Source: Obrimoposthia wandeli (taxonomy: Eukaryota). From it: 64,000 nt of DNA. Made by a program: the position numbers and the translations under genes. Below, piece after piece: positions 9,408-19,499 of the stretch (position 1 is its first letter; the number at the start of each line of letters is the position of its first letter). The stretch lies in NCBI GenBank assembly GCA_977020255.1, contig CDROCS010000253.1, forward strand, positions 4,278,001-4,342,000. Direction: 5' to 3'. The notes under the pieces were generated by a model. That model saw only the letters and a program-made list of their open reading frames with translations, searched no databases and was not told where the DNA came from.

Positions 9408-11375
9408 CTAACTCATTATTATATTTTTACTTAACTCACTCTCAACTGATTTAACATGATGAATAGGCAAGTAAATATCAAACTTACTGCCTTGGCCAAT
9501 CTTAGAGCTGACCTCAATACGTCCATGATGCTCTTCAATAATAGATCTAACGATATGAAGCCCTAAACCGGTGCCCTTGCCCACAGGTTTAGTGGTAAAA
9601 AAGGGATTAAAAATACTTTTCAAGTTCTCTTGGCTAATACCTGAACCATCATCTTCAAAGCGTATATTAACGTCTTGTTGATCAAGGCGTGAAGAAATGA
9701 AAATATTACCTTTAGTTTCAATAGCATGAGAGGCATTAACCAACATATTAATAAACACTTGTAATAACTTTTGAGGAAAGCCTGTTACATCAACATTTGC
9801 TGCTAGGTTTTTGGTTATCTCTATTTTATATTTAAGTTCATTAGCCACTAGAGTGAGGCTTTTTTCAATTAATTCATCAATAGATATTGTTTCAGGAATG
9901 GTATCGTCAACATGGGCATAATTACCTAGATCCTTGATTATTTTACTAACCCTTGCCGCTCCCTCCAAAGTTGAAGTAATTAAAGGGACAATATCCTCAA
10001 GAATAAAGCCTAAATCTTCTTGTTGATAAAACACTTGGGCCATACTTTCTTTGTCGATGTCTTTTGTTAATTCTATATAAGTAACCAGCGTTTTAAAGTA
10101 ATCATCAAGTACGTCCAAATTACTACGAATATAACCTACCGGATTATTAATTTCATGAGCAATACCAGCTGAAAGTTGACCAATAGAAGCAAGTTTTTCT
10201 GCATTTATTAACTGCTCATTTAATGAGGATAATGCTTTTTGGCTATGCTTTCTTTCATTAATATCAATCAAGGTAATTAAATAATTAACCGCTCCCATGA
10301 TAACTATTTTCCGACCTGAAAATTCAATATGAGGGTGTTCAAATCTTGGTGAAAGCAAAGATTCTTCCATATTTTTTAAAGCAATATTACTATCAAAATG
10401 ACCATCCAAGGCTCCTAATGCTGGTACAAAATAAGATATCTGCATACCAATGATGGCTACCTTATCACTGAGTAATAATTTTTCAGTTTCTATATTACAC
10501 TCTTTTATCTGTCCTTGTTCATCAACAAGCACTACGGCGCAAGGAATGGTATCCATAATGATATTGGCTTTGTCATTTGCTCTAATAACATTAAGTCGCT
10601 CCTGTTCAGCTCTCATTTTTTCAATGGTAATGTGTTGAGTAAATTGTTGAATAGCACTTGATAATGCTTTGATCTCAGTGGGTGCCCTAGTTTGTATAAA
10701 CTCCACTCTCGCCTCACTTTGTACTGGCTGCTGCGCTAACGTGGTAATATTTTCTATGGGTTTCACTATATATTTACTAAAGCAATGCACTGTGAATAAG
10801 ATAAAAAATGCATACAAGGAAACCACTAAAATTGACAAAGTGGTAAAGTTGTCTTTCGCTATATCAGCTTGCTTGCTCAAAGAACGGTTGTCACTCAACA
10901 CTTGTTTAGATAATTGCGCTAAGTCACTGACATATTGCGTGGTTACTTTGTCAGATTCAGCAACCGTCGTTTGCCACAGTTTAGTTTCTTGCATTGAAAT
11001 TTTAGAAAACATATTGACGATATCATCGTTTGATTCAATGCCAGCAATCAAACGTCGTACTAAATTTTCACCCTCAATTTTGGGTATTTTTATTTCAATT
11101 AATACCAGGGTTTTCTTAAGTTGCTGCGATTGGTCTTTTATACCTTTTGCTAAATAAGTTTGCCGACCAGAAAAGAGTAAATCTTGCGTGGTTAGCCAAA
11201 GTCTCGACATAGTAAAAGTATGGTTAACCGTTTGTACGACTAAACGAGACTCATAATGAGCCCGTGATATTTGCTCTACTTTTTGATACTGATGCCAAAG
11301 GCTTGCAAAAATAATCACGCCAGATAGTAGCGTAGTTATTGCTGATAACTGATTATAATTAGATATTTTCATCAT
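9408..11375 (-). CDS. Membrane sensor histidine kinase (TM-periplasmic-TM-HAMP-PAS-HisKA-HATPase)
   Basis: GQLSAGIAHEINNPVGY, QVFINMLVNASHA, DDGSGI, PFFTTKPVGKGTGLGL. Confidence 0.9.
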   Translation of the reverse strand: MMKISNYNQLSAITTLLSGVIIFASLWHQYQKVEQISRAHYESRLVVQTVNHTFTMSRLWLTTQDLLFSGRQTYLAKGIKDQSQQLKKTLVLIEIKIPKIEGENLVRRLIAGIESNDDIVNMFSKISMQETKLWQTTVAESDKVTTQYVSDLAQLSKQVLSDNRSLSKQADIAKDNFTTLSILVVSLYAFFILFTVHCFSKYIVKPIENITTLAQQPVQSEARVEFIQTRAPTEIKALSSAIQQFTQHITIEKMRAEQERLNVIRANDKANIIMDTIPCAVVLVDEQGQIKECNIETEKLLLSDKVAIIGMQISYFVPALGALDGHFDSNIALKNMEESLLSPRFEHPHIEFSGRKIVIMGAVNYLITLIDINERKHSQKALSSLNEQLINAEKLASIGQLSAGIAHEINNPVGYIRSNLDVLDDYFKTLVTYIELTKDIDKESMAQVFYQQEDLGFILEDIVPLITSTLEGAARVSKIIKDLGNYAHVDDTIPETISIDELIEKSLTLVANELKYKIEITKNLAANVDVTGFPQKLLQVFINMLVNASHAIETKGNIFISSRLDQQDVNIRFEDDGSGISQENLKSIFNPFFTTKPVGKGTGLGLHIVRSIIEEHHGRIEVSSKIGQGSKFDIYLPIHHVKSVESELSKNIIMS

Positions 11376-11417
11376 TAATTGCCATTGTTAAGTTATTGGA
11401 ATAAATAGTTATCATCA

Positions 11418-12023
11418 CTAAAGACTTTCCAATTCCTCTCCCCATAATATCTCAGTTAAAAGCAGTGTTTTCAGTGCACACATTAAAACTACATTGGCTA
11501 ACTCAGGAGCGTTTTGTGCTATTTTCAAAACACCTTTATTTGCTGTAACACCATCATCACTTAACAGTTGCTTCAGTTCTTGATAGTTTTTACCAATAAA
11601 AATATTCTTAAAATAAATTCTTTCTGCAATTTTCTTTTTAGGACTTCTACAGCGTTGAAAAGCAAAATTTCTTATTCTTAAGTCTTTATCTATTGCCCAA
11701 ACTATTTCAACTAATCCCCAATCACTTTGTTCTGATCTAACATGAACATAGCCTAGTGACTGCTTACCCTTCATCGCGATATACAAGGTATGTTGGCCTA
11801 GCTCACTAAAATGTAAGTCATTACGGGGTAATGCAATTTTTACTTGAGCTCGAGTATCGTCATCTACCGTTTTAACAATAGAGAGTTGATTAGTTTTTTG
11901 CGGATAGAGCTGCGCTATTTGCGCGACGGGATCACGTAAAGAGCAGTAAGCAATTGCGTTCACATTGTCAGAAAGCAATATCAGAATTAATATCCACATT
12001 AATGAAATAAAGCATATTTTCAT
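11418..12023 (-). CDS. Exported hypothetical protein, possible degenerate FMN-binding-type fold
   Basis: Signal peptide; GYVHVRSEQSDWGLVEIVWAIDKDLRIRNFAFQRCR; three mature-region Cys; tightly packed between porin and kinase genes. Confidence 0.65.
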   Translation of the reverse strand: MKICFISLMWILILILLSDNVNAIAYCSLRDPVAQIAQLYPQKTNQLSIVKTVDDDTRAQVKIALPRNDLHFSELGQHTLYIAMKGKQSLGYVHVRSEQSDWGLVEIVWAIDKDLRIRNFAFQRCRSPKKKIAERIYFKNIFIGKNYQELKQLLSDDGVTANKGVLKIAQNAPELANVVLMCALKTLLLTEILWGEELESL

Positions 12024-12024
12024 A

Positions 12025-13002
12025 TCAGTACCTAACCCTTATTTGTATTCTAGCCAACTGCTGTTTTTCACCCTCTGATGGACTGTTAAGTTGCTTACCA
12101 CCTGACATACTTATCACTAACAGGGGATTAAATTGATAACTAAAACCAATATTTACTTGCGTATCTGCACTTGGCTGGTTTTCTCTATCTCTGATAATTA
12201 ACTGGCCATATAGCGTAAGCTGCTCATTTATTGAGGTTTTATTAAATTCAAGTAAGCTATATTTTTCTTTTTCCCTGCCTTGTGATTGCTTATTATCTTC
12301 ACCCAGCGCTAACTCACCTAAGAATCCCCATGTCCCCCAATAATATTGCCAATCTAAGGCTAACCTTTTTCGTGAAACATCATCAATTTTTCCCTCAAAA
12401 AATGATAAACCAACCACAAAATCTAAGTGGATCAATGAGCCTATTCGACCTGTAACAGCATAAGAGCCATCAACCGACCTAGCCTTGTCTTTACCACCCA
12501 AGGTATAACTCACACTGTATTCAACTTGGCTTAGCACTTTATTAAGGCCAAGACCCCAATCGAGCTTTGCTCCTAAGTTTTTCCCATGATAATAATCGAG
12601 TAAGCGACCGTTGGTATCAATACTCTCTTCTAAGCCAAAGGGTAAAGTAAAATGTCCTATTCGAATATTAGGGAGCCAATTGGGGCCAGCAGTATAGTTA
12701 AGATGAGCTTCTCGAATGATAAATTCACTATCATCTTTAGAGGTAAATAAAAAAGGTACCGGAAGGTGATTTGATAGCTTAGTATAATAAACCTGCCCTA
12801 CCCCATAACCTACATCGCCTGTCGATACAGTAAAAACCTTATGAGTGTCTAAGCCGAAGACATAAATACGACTGGTGTTATCTAATGCCCCATTGTGACT
12901 TAATCGAGCACTAGCATCTAAACTCCACCTGAGGCTTTGAGTAAAGTCGGCATAACAAGGCACAGAAAGAAGCGCTAAAAAACTGAAATACATATATCTC
13001 AT
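12025..13002 (-). CDS. Outer-membrane beta-barrel (porin-like) protein
   Basis: Signal peptide, IRIGHFTLPFGLEE (phosphate-porin-like), alternating beta strands, C-terminal IQIRVRY. Confidence 0.7.
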   Translation of the reverse strand: MRYMYFSFLALLSVPCYADFTQSLRWSLDASARLSHNGALDNTSRIYVFGLDTHKVFTVSTGDVGYGVGQVYYTKLSNHLPVPFLFTSKDDSEFIIREAHLNYTAGPNWLPNIRIGHFTLPFGLEESIDTNGRLLDYYHGKNLGAKLDWGLGLNKVLSQVEYSVSYTLGGKDKARSVDGSYAVTGRIGSLIHLDFVVGLSFFEGKIDDVSRKRLALDWQYYWGTWGFLGELALGEDNKQSQGREKEKYSLLEFNKTSINEQLTLYGQLIIRDRENQPSADTQVNIGFSYQFNPLLVISMSGGKQLNSPSEGEKQQLARIQIRVRY

Positions 13003-13082
13003 CGCTTCTCCTACCTTGGAAAAATTTAAAATTAAATGGCTAAATAGAGTCTTCTACTATTAATTTTATTTAATAAGCCCTA

Positions 13083-13107
13083 ATACCAATTGGTTGCAAT
13101 TGATATA
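13083..13107. repeat. Collapsed remnant of ATACCAATT-ended MITE family
   Basis: ATACCAATT-ggttgc-AATTGATAT; ends match the element at 48404-48646. Confidence 0.35.
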
Positions 13108-13352
13108 CCAAAATATAAAGAGCAACACAGTTCGCTCCTTAGCCCTTTATTTATCAACTTCATAGTAATAGTCAGTCTATTTAGGCAAGTTAAACAGTAG
13201 GTGGATATTTTCAAATTGAGACAGACTTGCAAAATGCAATGCAGAAAGAGAATAGATGGGCTGACAATAGTTAATTTGCTCTTAAGTAGACTGATGTCTA
13301 CTCGACTGGCAATAATTAATCATCAGCTATAACCAACAGATTAAACAGCAAT

Positions 13353-13378
13353 AAAAAAGCCAGCATTAAGCTGGCTTC
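13353..13378 (-). terminator. Intrinsic terminator downstream of yceI
   Basis: AAAAAAGCCAGC-attaa-GCTGGCTT, U-tract on minus strand. Confidence 0.75.
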
Positions 13379-13415
13379 AAGTGGTTTAGGCAAGGAGGGT
13401 AAAATAAATACTAAA

Positions 13416-14015
13416 CTACATTTTTACCCCTTCAATATTCAAAGTCATTTCAACCTGCGTTGACGCTGGGCCTAAATTGTAAGTAATACCATAATCAGCT
13501 AGCTTAAAGTTAGTGGTTCCAGAGAAACCAGCACGATGACCACCCCAAGGATCTTGTCCTTCACCAATTTTTACTACAGGAAACGAAATAATTTTAGTTA
13601 CACCTTTTAAGGTGAACTCGCCAGTAACAATTGCGTTTTCATCATCGCTAAACTTAATATTGTCACTGATAAAAGTTGCTTTAGGGAAGCTGCTAACATT
13701 TAAGAAGTCTTTACTTTTAAGGTGCTTATCACGCTCTGCATGATTCGAATCAATACTTTTAGTGTCAATTTCAATACTGATTTTTGCATTATTTGGTGAT
13801 TTATCATCATAAGAAAAATCGCCATCAAATGTATTAAAACGACCTAATAACCAGCTGTAGCCTAGATGCTTAATTTTAAATTGAACTGACGCATGTGCAC
13901 CTTTAACGTCTACTTTATAATCGGCGGCAAGTGCCGTGTTTGGTACCAATGCAGCAATGAGTGAACTCGCTAATAAGCTAGTGGCTAGTGTGGTGGTAAT
14001 TAATGTCTTTTTCAT
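13416..14015 (-). CDS. yceI: YceI-family periplasmic lipid/polyisoprenoid-binding protein
   Basis: YKVD..GAHASVQF..KHLGYSWLLGRFNTFDG, SNHAERDKHL, GQDPWGG. Confidence 0.92.
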   Translation of the reverse strand: MKKTLITTTLATSLLASSLIAALVPNTALAADYKVDVKGAHASVQFKIKHLGYSWLLGRFNTFDGDFSYDDKSPNNAKISIEIDTKSIDSNHAERDKHLKSKDFLNVSSFPKATFISDNIKFSDDENAIVTGEFTLKGVTKIISFPVVKIGEGQDPWGGHRAGFSGTTNFKLADYGITYNLGPASTQVEMTLNIEGVKM

Positions 14016-14101
14016 GTGAGATTCCTTGTCTATTCTCTAATTAAGAGGAATGAAGCGTTAATTAATAATAAATAAATTAACTGTTTTGATTCTTTGTTTA
14101 A

Positions 14102-14671
14102 CTACTTTCTAGGTAATACTCTTAGCATCCGAATTAAAGTATTATTTTTATTAAAAAAATGGTGTTTAAGTGCTGCAAGTGTATGGCCAGCACTGAGTAA
14201 AATTAAAGTCCATGCTAAAAACTCATGAATATTGCCGGCAATATCTTCTTGGTTAGCAAAATTAATTGGCAATGACGGCACTGATATTAAGCCAAAAACA
14301 TCTATAGCTCTACCATCTGCCGTTGAAATTAAGTAACCACTTATCATCAAAAAAACCATCAAACCATAAAGTACTAAGTGAGCATAATGTGCTGCTTTTA
14401 CTTCAATTTTTCTAGCAGATTTATCGGCACTTTTTGGCGTAACATTAACTACACGCCAGACGATTCTTAACATCAAAGCAACGAACAGGGTCATACCAAT
14501 ATTTTTATGTAAATCTAACGAGCCTTTATACCAAGCGTCGTAATAAGTTAGTTCAACCATATAGAGCCCTAAGCCGAATAAGGAAAATATACTTATCGCC
14601 ATTAGCCAATGAAATACTATAGTAATAAGCCCATAGCTGTTCTCTGTATTCTTTAACATGTTACTACTCAT
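14102..14671 (-). CDS. Cytochrome b561 (YceJ-like); likely start at 14659
   Basis: YGLITIVFHWL, LHKNIG, HYAHLVLY, HEFLAW, GHTLAALKHHF heme-ligand His pattern; upstream of yceI. Confidence 0.9.
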   Translation of the reverse strand: MSSNMLKNTENSYGLITIVFHWLMAISIFSLFGLGLYMVELTYYDAWYKGSLDLHKNIGMTLFVALMLRIVWRVVNVTPKSADKSARKIEVKAAHYAHLVLYGLMVFLMISGYLISTADGRAIDVFGLISVPSLPINFANQEDIAGNIHEFLAWTLILLSAGHTLAALKHHFFNKNNTLIRMLRVLPRK

Positions 14672-14848
14672 CTTATTATCTCTTTCTTTTGAGTCAGCGT
14701 ATTTGTTAATGCACTAACAACATCCTTATCAAATTTCTAAGGCTACTATAGCGAATTTAAATCTATTAAAAAATAGTAATAAATGCGAAACTATTGTGCA
14801 AATACGCACAACTAATTGCATTTTTATATAATCTAAATAGTAGGATAG

Positions 14849-15727
14849 ATGATGAAAGATATTTCTTGGGATGATTATAAAATAGCCTACCAAGTTGCTA
14901 TTGATGGTAGCTTAAGCCAAGCAGGTATATCTCTCAGCATAAATCACACCACCGTATTAAGGCGCATAAACCAATTAGAGCAAGCACTTGAAGTAAAGCT
15001 ATTTATTCGTCACCAGCGTGGTTATAAACTTACCGATGCGGGCTGTGTATTAATGGATGAAATGCCAGAAATGCTGGCAAAGTTTTCTAGCTTAGAAAAT
15101 AAACTACAAAATGTTGAGGGGGATATTAGTGGTGAATTTAGAATAACTACTGTTAGTTCGTTTTCACCTGTTATAACACCAACATTAAAAGCGTTTAGAG
15201 CGAAGTATCCAAAAATTCGCCTCAAGCTTATTTCTACTGATGATATTGTACCGCTTGACTCAGGTGCTGCGCATGTATCCTTACGAGCAGGGCCAAGTCC
15301 TGTTGGCGTTGATCTTGTCGTTAAAAATCTAACCCGATTAACAACTGCTTATTATGCAACACAAGGTTATATCGATGAATTTGGTCAGCCCAACAGTATC
15401 AGTGAATTTAACGAACACCAATGGGTATTACCTACCCCGGAAAAGTATCGTATTCCTTTTGTTAATTACATTGTTGATAAAATAGATAAAAATAAAATAG
15501 TTTTTCAAAGCAACCACTTCCCTGATATTACTGAAGCGGTTATTGCAGGTATGGGCATTGGCCCTTTAGCTGAATACCAAGCAGATTTAAATCCATCAAT
15601 GATTAAGATTGATTTAGACATCCCGAAAAATAATGAGTCTATCTGGTTTGTTTATCATAAAGATTTAAAACATAGTGCTCGTATCCAATGTTTTTATCAA
15701 TTTTTAAAAGCAGCACTGTTAGATTAA
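14849..15727 (+). CDS. LysR-family regulator
   Basis: SWDDYK..GSLSQA..INHTTVLRRINQLE..KLFIRHQRGYKLTDAG. Confidence 0.92.
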   Translation: MMKDISWDDYKIAYQVAIDGSLSQAGISLSINHTTVLRRINQLEQALEVKLFIRHQRGYKLTDAGCVLMDEMPEMLAKFSSLENKLQNVEGDISGEFRITTVSSFSPVITPTLKAFRAKYPKIRLKLISTDDIVPLDSGAAHVSLRAGPSPVGVDLVVKNLTRLTTAYYATQGYIDEFGQPNSISEFNEHQWVLPTPEKYRIPFVNYIVDKIDKNKIVFQSNHFPDITEAVIAGMGIGPLAEYQADLNPSMIKIDLDIPKNNESIWFVYHKDLKHSARIQCFYQFLKAALLD

Positions 15728-15993
15728 ACGGTAATTCAGTGTTCCCTTTTAAATCAGCTAACGTGATGAGGAGCAACCATTTCGAAAGAGTAGCTTTTTC
15801 ATTAATCATTCTTTATATTAATAAAAAGTTAAAAAAATGTTTACTGCTGATTAAGTTTTTGATGCTAAAGTCAATCCATAACAATGACTTTGATATAACG
15901 GCTACAGGCAACGCATGTTTAAATTAGGTGACATTTATATAGCTAACTTGACCTTTTCGTTGCCATACACTAAGGATTATTGGTGAGTTTTTT

Positions 15994-18114
15994 ATGTTTA
16001 AACTCAATATAAAAACGCGTATTTTAACGTTTGTCGTACTTTTTCAGATTATTGCTTACTGTACCATTCAGTTATTCAATAACTTCAACTACAAAAAGGA
16101 GTTAACTCGATTAAAAAATAATGAAATTCAGCAAACATTTATAGCTACCACTGAAAAAATAAATAATTTAATCCTATTACTCGAAAGAAATGTCACCAAT
16201 TTAGCTATTTCCTCAGAACACCTTTACTCGCTAAGGCAAGAAAAACAGCTTACCGTTGAGCAATTAACCGTTGCAATGAAGCGATTACTGACCGAAAATT
16301 TCACCTCGTCCCCTGAAGCCATTGGCGGTGGTATATGGTTTGAACCTTATCTTATTGATCCGTCAATGAAATATTTTGGGCCTTATTCTTTTCAAGGTAA
16401 AAATGGGGTCGAGTTTAGCTGGCAGCTAAATACTGATATATATGATTATCATAACCAAGATTGGTATACCATGGCTTCAGCGAGTAACTGGGGCCAAGGA
16501 AATAAAAGCACTAGAGCTCTATTTTGGACACCTCCGTATATTGATACTGCCGGTACCTATTCATTAATGATGACAGTAGATGCTGTGATGTTTGATCAAC
16601 AAAAAATAATGATCGGCATGACTACCTTAGACTGGTCTTTAACTGAGCTAACCTCATTATTATCAAAGGTTCGAATATCTGAAAATTCTTATCCTTTTTT
16701 TATTCACAAAGCATCAAAGCAGTTCCTCAGTTACCCCAAAGACCCTACATTAGTAATGCAACAAGCCAATCAGTTCAATTGGGGCAAACAAGTACTCAGT
16801 AACAATAAGATAAACGAGTTAACTACCCTCAATAACATCTTCATTGATGGCATTAACTACAATGTCTACTTTCATGGTACTGATGGTGGTTTTATTTTTG
16901 GCTCTTTAAGCCCGGTTTCTGATTTAGAAAAAGACATAAATAGCATTGCCAACATAACCTTACTTGTTGGAACAAGTATTTGCCTATTCTTTATTGTGCT
17001 ACTGATTGTTTTGATGCATATACTGTTTTCCCCCTTTGATAAGGTGCTTTCCTTAATTAAAAACTCAATTACTCATCGTTCTGACAACAAAAAATTTGTT
17101 GAAATTCAGCCTATAACATACTCAGAAGATAACGAGTTTACCCCTATAGTGCATGCACTTGATGAGGTATATAAGCAGGTAAGTAGTTATATTGAACAAA
17201 TAACGGTAAACAATGCGCATCTGGTACAGTCAACAGCAGAAATTGATACTTTAAATAACAAACTTGAAGAAAAAGTACTTTTAAGAACCCAGCAGCTCGA
17301 AGCAAAAACACAGCAAGCGCTAGACTCACTGACCCAATTAAAAAACACCCAGCAACAACTGATTGAGCAAGAAAAACATGCTGCATTAGGACGTTTAGTG
17401 GCCGGCGTTGCGCATGAAATAAATACGCCTTTGGGTATCAGTATCACTGCTGCTTCTTTCATGAAAGATATAAGCGAAGAGATTTTTCATCAAATTGAAA
17501 ATGGTATACTTAAAAAATCTGAATTTACTAAAAAACATCAACAACTTGTAGAAAGTGCGAAGCTATTGGAAAATAATCTTAAACGAACCTCTGATTTGGT
17601 GACGAGTTTTAAACAAGTTGCCGTTGATCAATCATCAGAAGAGTTTAAACAGTTTAATTTATTTGATTATATAACCAAAGTTTCCCGATCATTACAGCCA
17701 AGAATAGAGCAGGCAAAGCATAAACTCGTCATAAATTGCCCCGACACTGATATTGAAGTGTATTCAATTCCTGGTGTTATTATTCAAGTGATCACCAATT
17801 TAGTCGAAAACTCACTTATTCATGCCTTTACCAATGCTGACTCAGGTTTAATCACAATTCACTTGTTGAAGCATGAAAAACATATAGATCTAATTATTTC
17901 GGATAATGGCAATGGCATGCCCATTCAGGTAGTTGACTCTATTTTTGATCCCTTTTTCACCACATCAAGACGTAATGGAGCAACAGGGTTAGGCATGCAC
18001 ATTGTTTATAACCTCATCACGCAACAACTTCTTGGTATGGTGAGCTGTAAAAGCGACCTAGGTGAAGGAACAAAAATCACAATGTCCTTGCCTACTCAAA
18101 GCAAGTTAGAGTGA
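15994..18114 (+). CDS. dCache-domain sensor histidine kinase
   Basis: TM, Cache-like GGGIWFEPY/YHNQDWY/PYID, TM, LGRLVAGVAHEINTPLG, NLVENSLIHAF, DNGNG, PFFTT, GLGM. Confidence 0.88.
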   Translation: MFKLNIKTRILTFVVLFQIIAYCTIQLFNNFNYKKELTRLKNNEIQQTFIATTEKINNLILLLERNVTNLAISSEHLYSLRQEKQLTVEQLTVAMKRLLTENFTSSPEAIGGGIWFEPYLIDPSMKYFGPYSFQGKNGVEFSWQLNTDIYDYHNQDWYTMASASNWGQGNKSTRALFWTPPYIDTAGTYSLMMTVDAVMFDQQKIMIGMTTLDWSLTELTSLLSKVRISENSYPFFIHKASKQFLSYPKDPTLVMQQANQFNWGKQVLSNNKINELTTLNNIFIDGINYNVYFHGTDGGFIFGSLSPVSDLEKDINSIANITLLVGTSICLFFIVLLIVLMHILFSPFDKVLSLIKNSITHRSDNKKFVEIQPITYSEDNEFTPIVHALDEVYKQVSSYIEQITVNNAHLVQSTAEIDTLNNKLEEKVLLRTQQLEAKTQQALDSLTQLKNTQQQLIEQEKHAALGRLVAGVAHEINTPLGISITAASFMKDISEEIFHQIENGILKKSEFTKKHQQLVESAKLLENNLKRTSDLVTSFKQVAVDQSSEEFKQFNLFDYITKVSRSLQPRIEQAKHKLVINCPDTDIEVYSIPGVIIQVITNLVENSLIHAFTNADSGLITIHLLKHEKHIDLIISDNGNGMPIQVVDSIFDPFFTTSRRNGATGLGMHIVYNLITQQLLGMVSCKSDLGEGTKITMSLPTQSKLE

Positions 18115-18136
18115 CACAGATTATTATTTTGTTCCT

Positions 18137-19333
18137 TTAAATTGCTGCCATTTTTTTACTTGTATTAACAAACTGGCTTGCCGCTAAAGAGAGTAACGCG
18201 ATAAATGCACCCGCATAAAACACCAACGAATGATCATATAACCAAATTAGGCCAAAGGTCGCTGGAATAACAACGGCGGCAATATGATTAATACTAAAAC
18301 TGACTCCTGCACTTGAAGCAATATCTTTTGGATCCGCTATTTTTTGAAAATAAGTTTTCAACGCAATGGCCATAGCAAAAAACAAATGGTCAATCACATA
18401 AAGCACCGCAGCTGCATTGGCCGATTCAACTAATGCATAACCAACAAAAATAGTAATTAAACCTAGATACTCTAAAGTCAGCGCTTTACGCTCGCCAACT
18501 TTAGCAATCCAAAGGCCTATTTTAGGCGCTAAAAAGAAGTTAATTACATGATTAATCATATACAGCACTGTGATTTGTTGAACACTGTAACCAAACTTTT
18601 CTACCATCAAAAAACCAGCGAAAACAACAAATATCTGTCGACGAGCTCCCGCTAAAAAGGTCAACAAGTAATACAAACTATAACGTTTTCTTAATATGAT
18701 TTTTTTGTGTTGTGCATGTTCCATAGGGAATTTAGGCATAGCAAACGCCAACCATAGCGTTAGTAGTAAACCACTTAAACCAAAAAACAAATACATCACT
18801 TGGTAGCTGGCAGAAAAAATACTAAAGCCCAACCAAATTAGGGCATAACAAGTTAATGAAGCGGCAGACTTTATTGACATTAATTGACCAAGCTTTGCTG
18901 CTGCTTCATCTTTTTTGAACCACTGTAGGCTTAATGAGGTATTTAAGGTTTCGTAATAATGAAAGCCGATAGACATTAACACCGTTGTTGCATACAGCCC
19001 GTAAATACTAGGGAACAACCCTGTAATCGCCACACCAATGGATAACAAACACAAAGAAATTAAAGCAAATACTTGTTCGGTAAATACCAACAACACAAAA
19101 ATTGCAGTGAATGCTAAGAAGCCAGGAATTTCTCTTAAAGACTGCAATATGCCTATTTCAGCACCAGTAAAAGCAGCTTGCTCAATAACAAAATTATTGA
19201 GCATAGCCATCCAACCGGCAAAGGTAATTGACGTAACCATGCTGGCAATAGCTAAGAAAAAAAAAGGACTATGCCATTTATTATTTTGTGCGGTTAAAAG
19301 TGTCGACGCATTTTCCGTACTTACTTTATCCAT
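18137..19333 (-). CDS. MFS transporter
   Basis: 12 hydrophobic segments, LQSLREIPGFLAF, ARRQIFVVFAGF. Confidence 0.85.
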   Translation of the reverse strand: MDKVSTENASTLLTAQNNKWHSPFFFLAIASMVTSITFAGWMAMLNNFVIEQAAFTGAEIGILQSLREIPGFLAFTAIFVLLVFTEQVFALISLCLLSIGVAITGLFPSIYGLYATTVLMSIGFHYYETLNTSLSLQWFKKDEAAAKLGQLMSIKSAASLTCYALIWLGFSIFSASYQVMYLFFGLSGLLLTLWLAFAMPKFPMEHAQHKKIILRKRYSLYYLLTFLAGARRQIFVVFAGFLMVEKFGYSVQQITVLYMINHVINFFLAPKIGLWIAKVGERKALTLEYLGLITIFVGYALVESANAAAVLYVIDHLFFAMAIALKTYFQKIADPKDIASSAGVSFSINHIAAVVIPATFGLIWLYDHSLVFYAGAFIALLSLAASQFVNTSKKMAAI

Positions 19334-19499
19334 ACTGATCCCTGCTCTAAATACTAATACTGTGTTACTGGCAATTGGTTTTAAATTAGGTACTAAGTGC
19401 CAAAGAAATAATAGCTCTCCAAGTTATCTTCTGAAGATCAGCTTGTGTCGCTAGAGTGGTCATTATATGATGATTTTAACATGACCAATAGCAACAATT

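Noticed and set aside
13285-13302. AGTAGAC-tgat-GTCTACT, GTAG-type REP-like hairpin
   Set aside because: Short and single copy in this window
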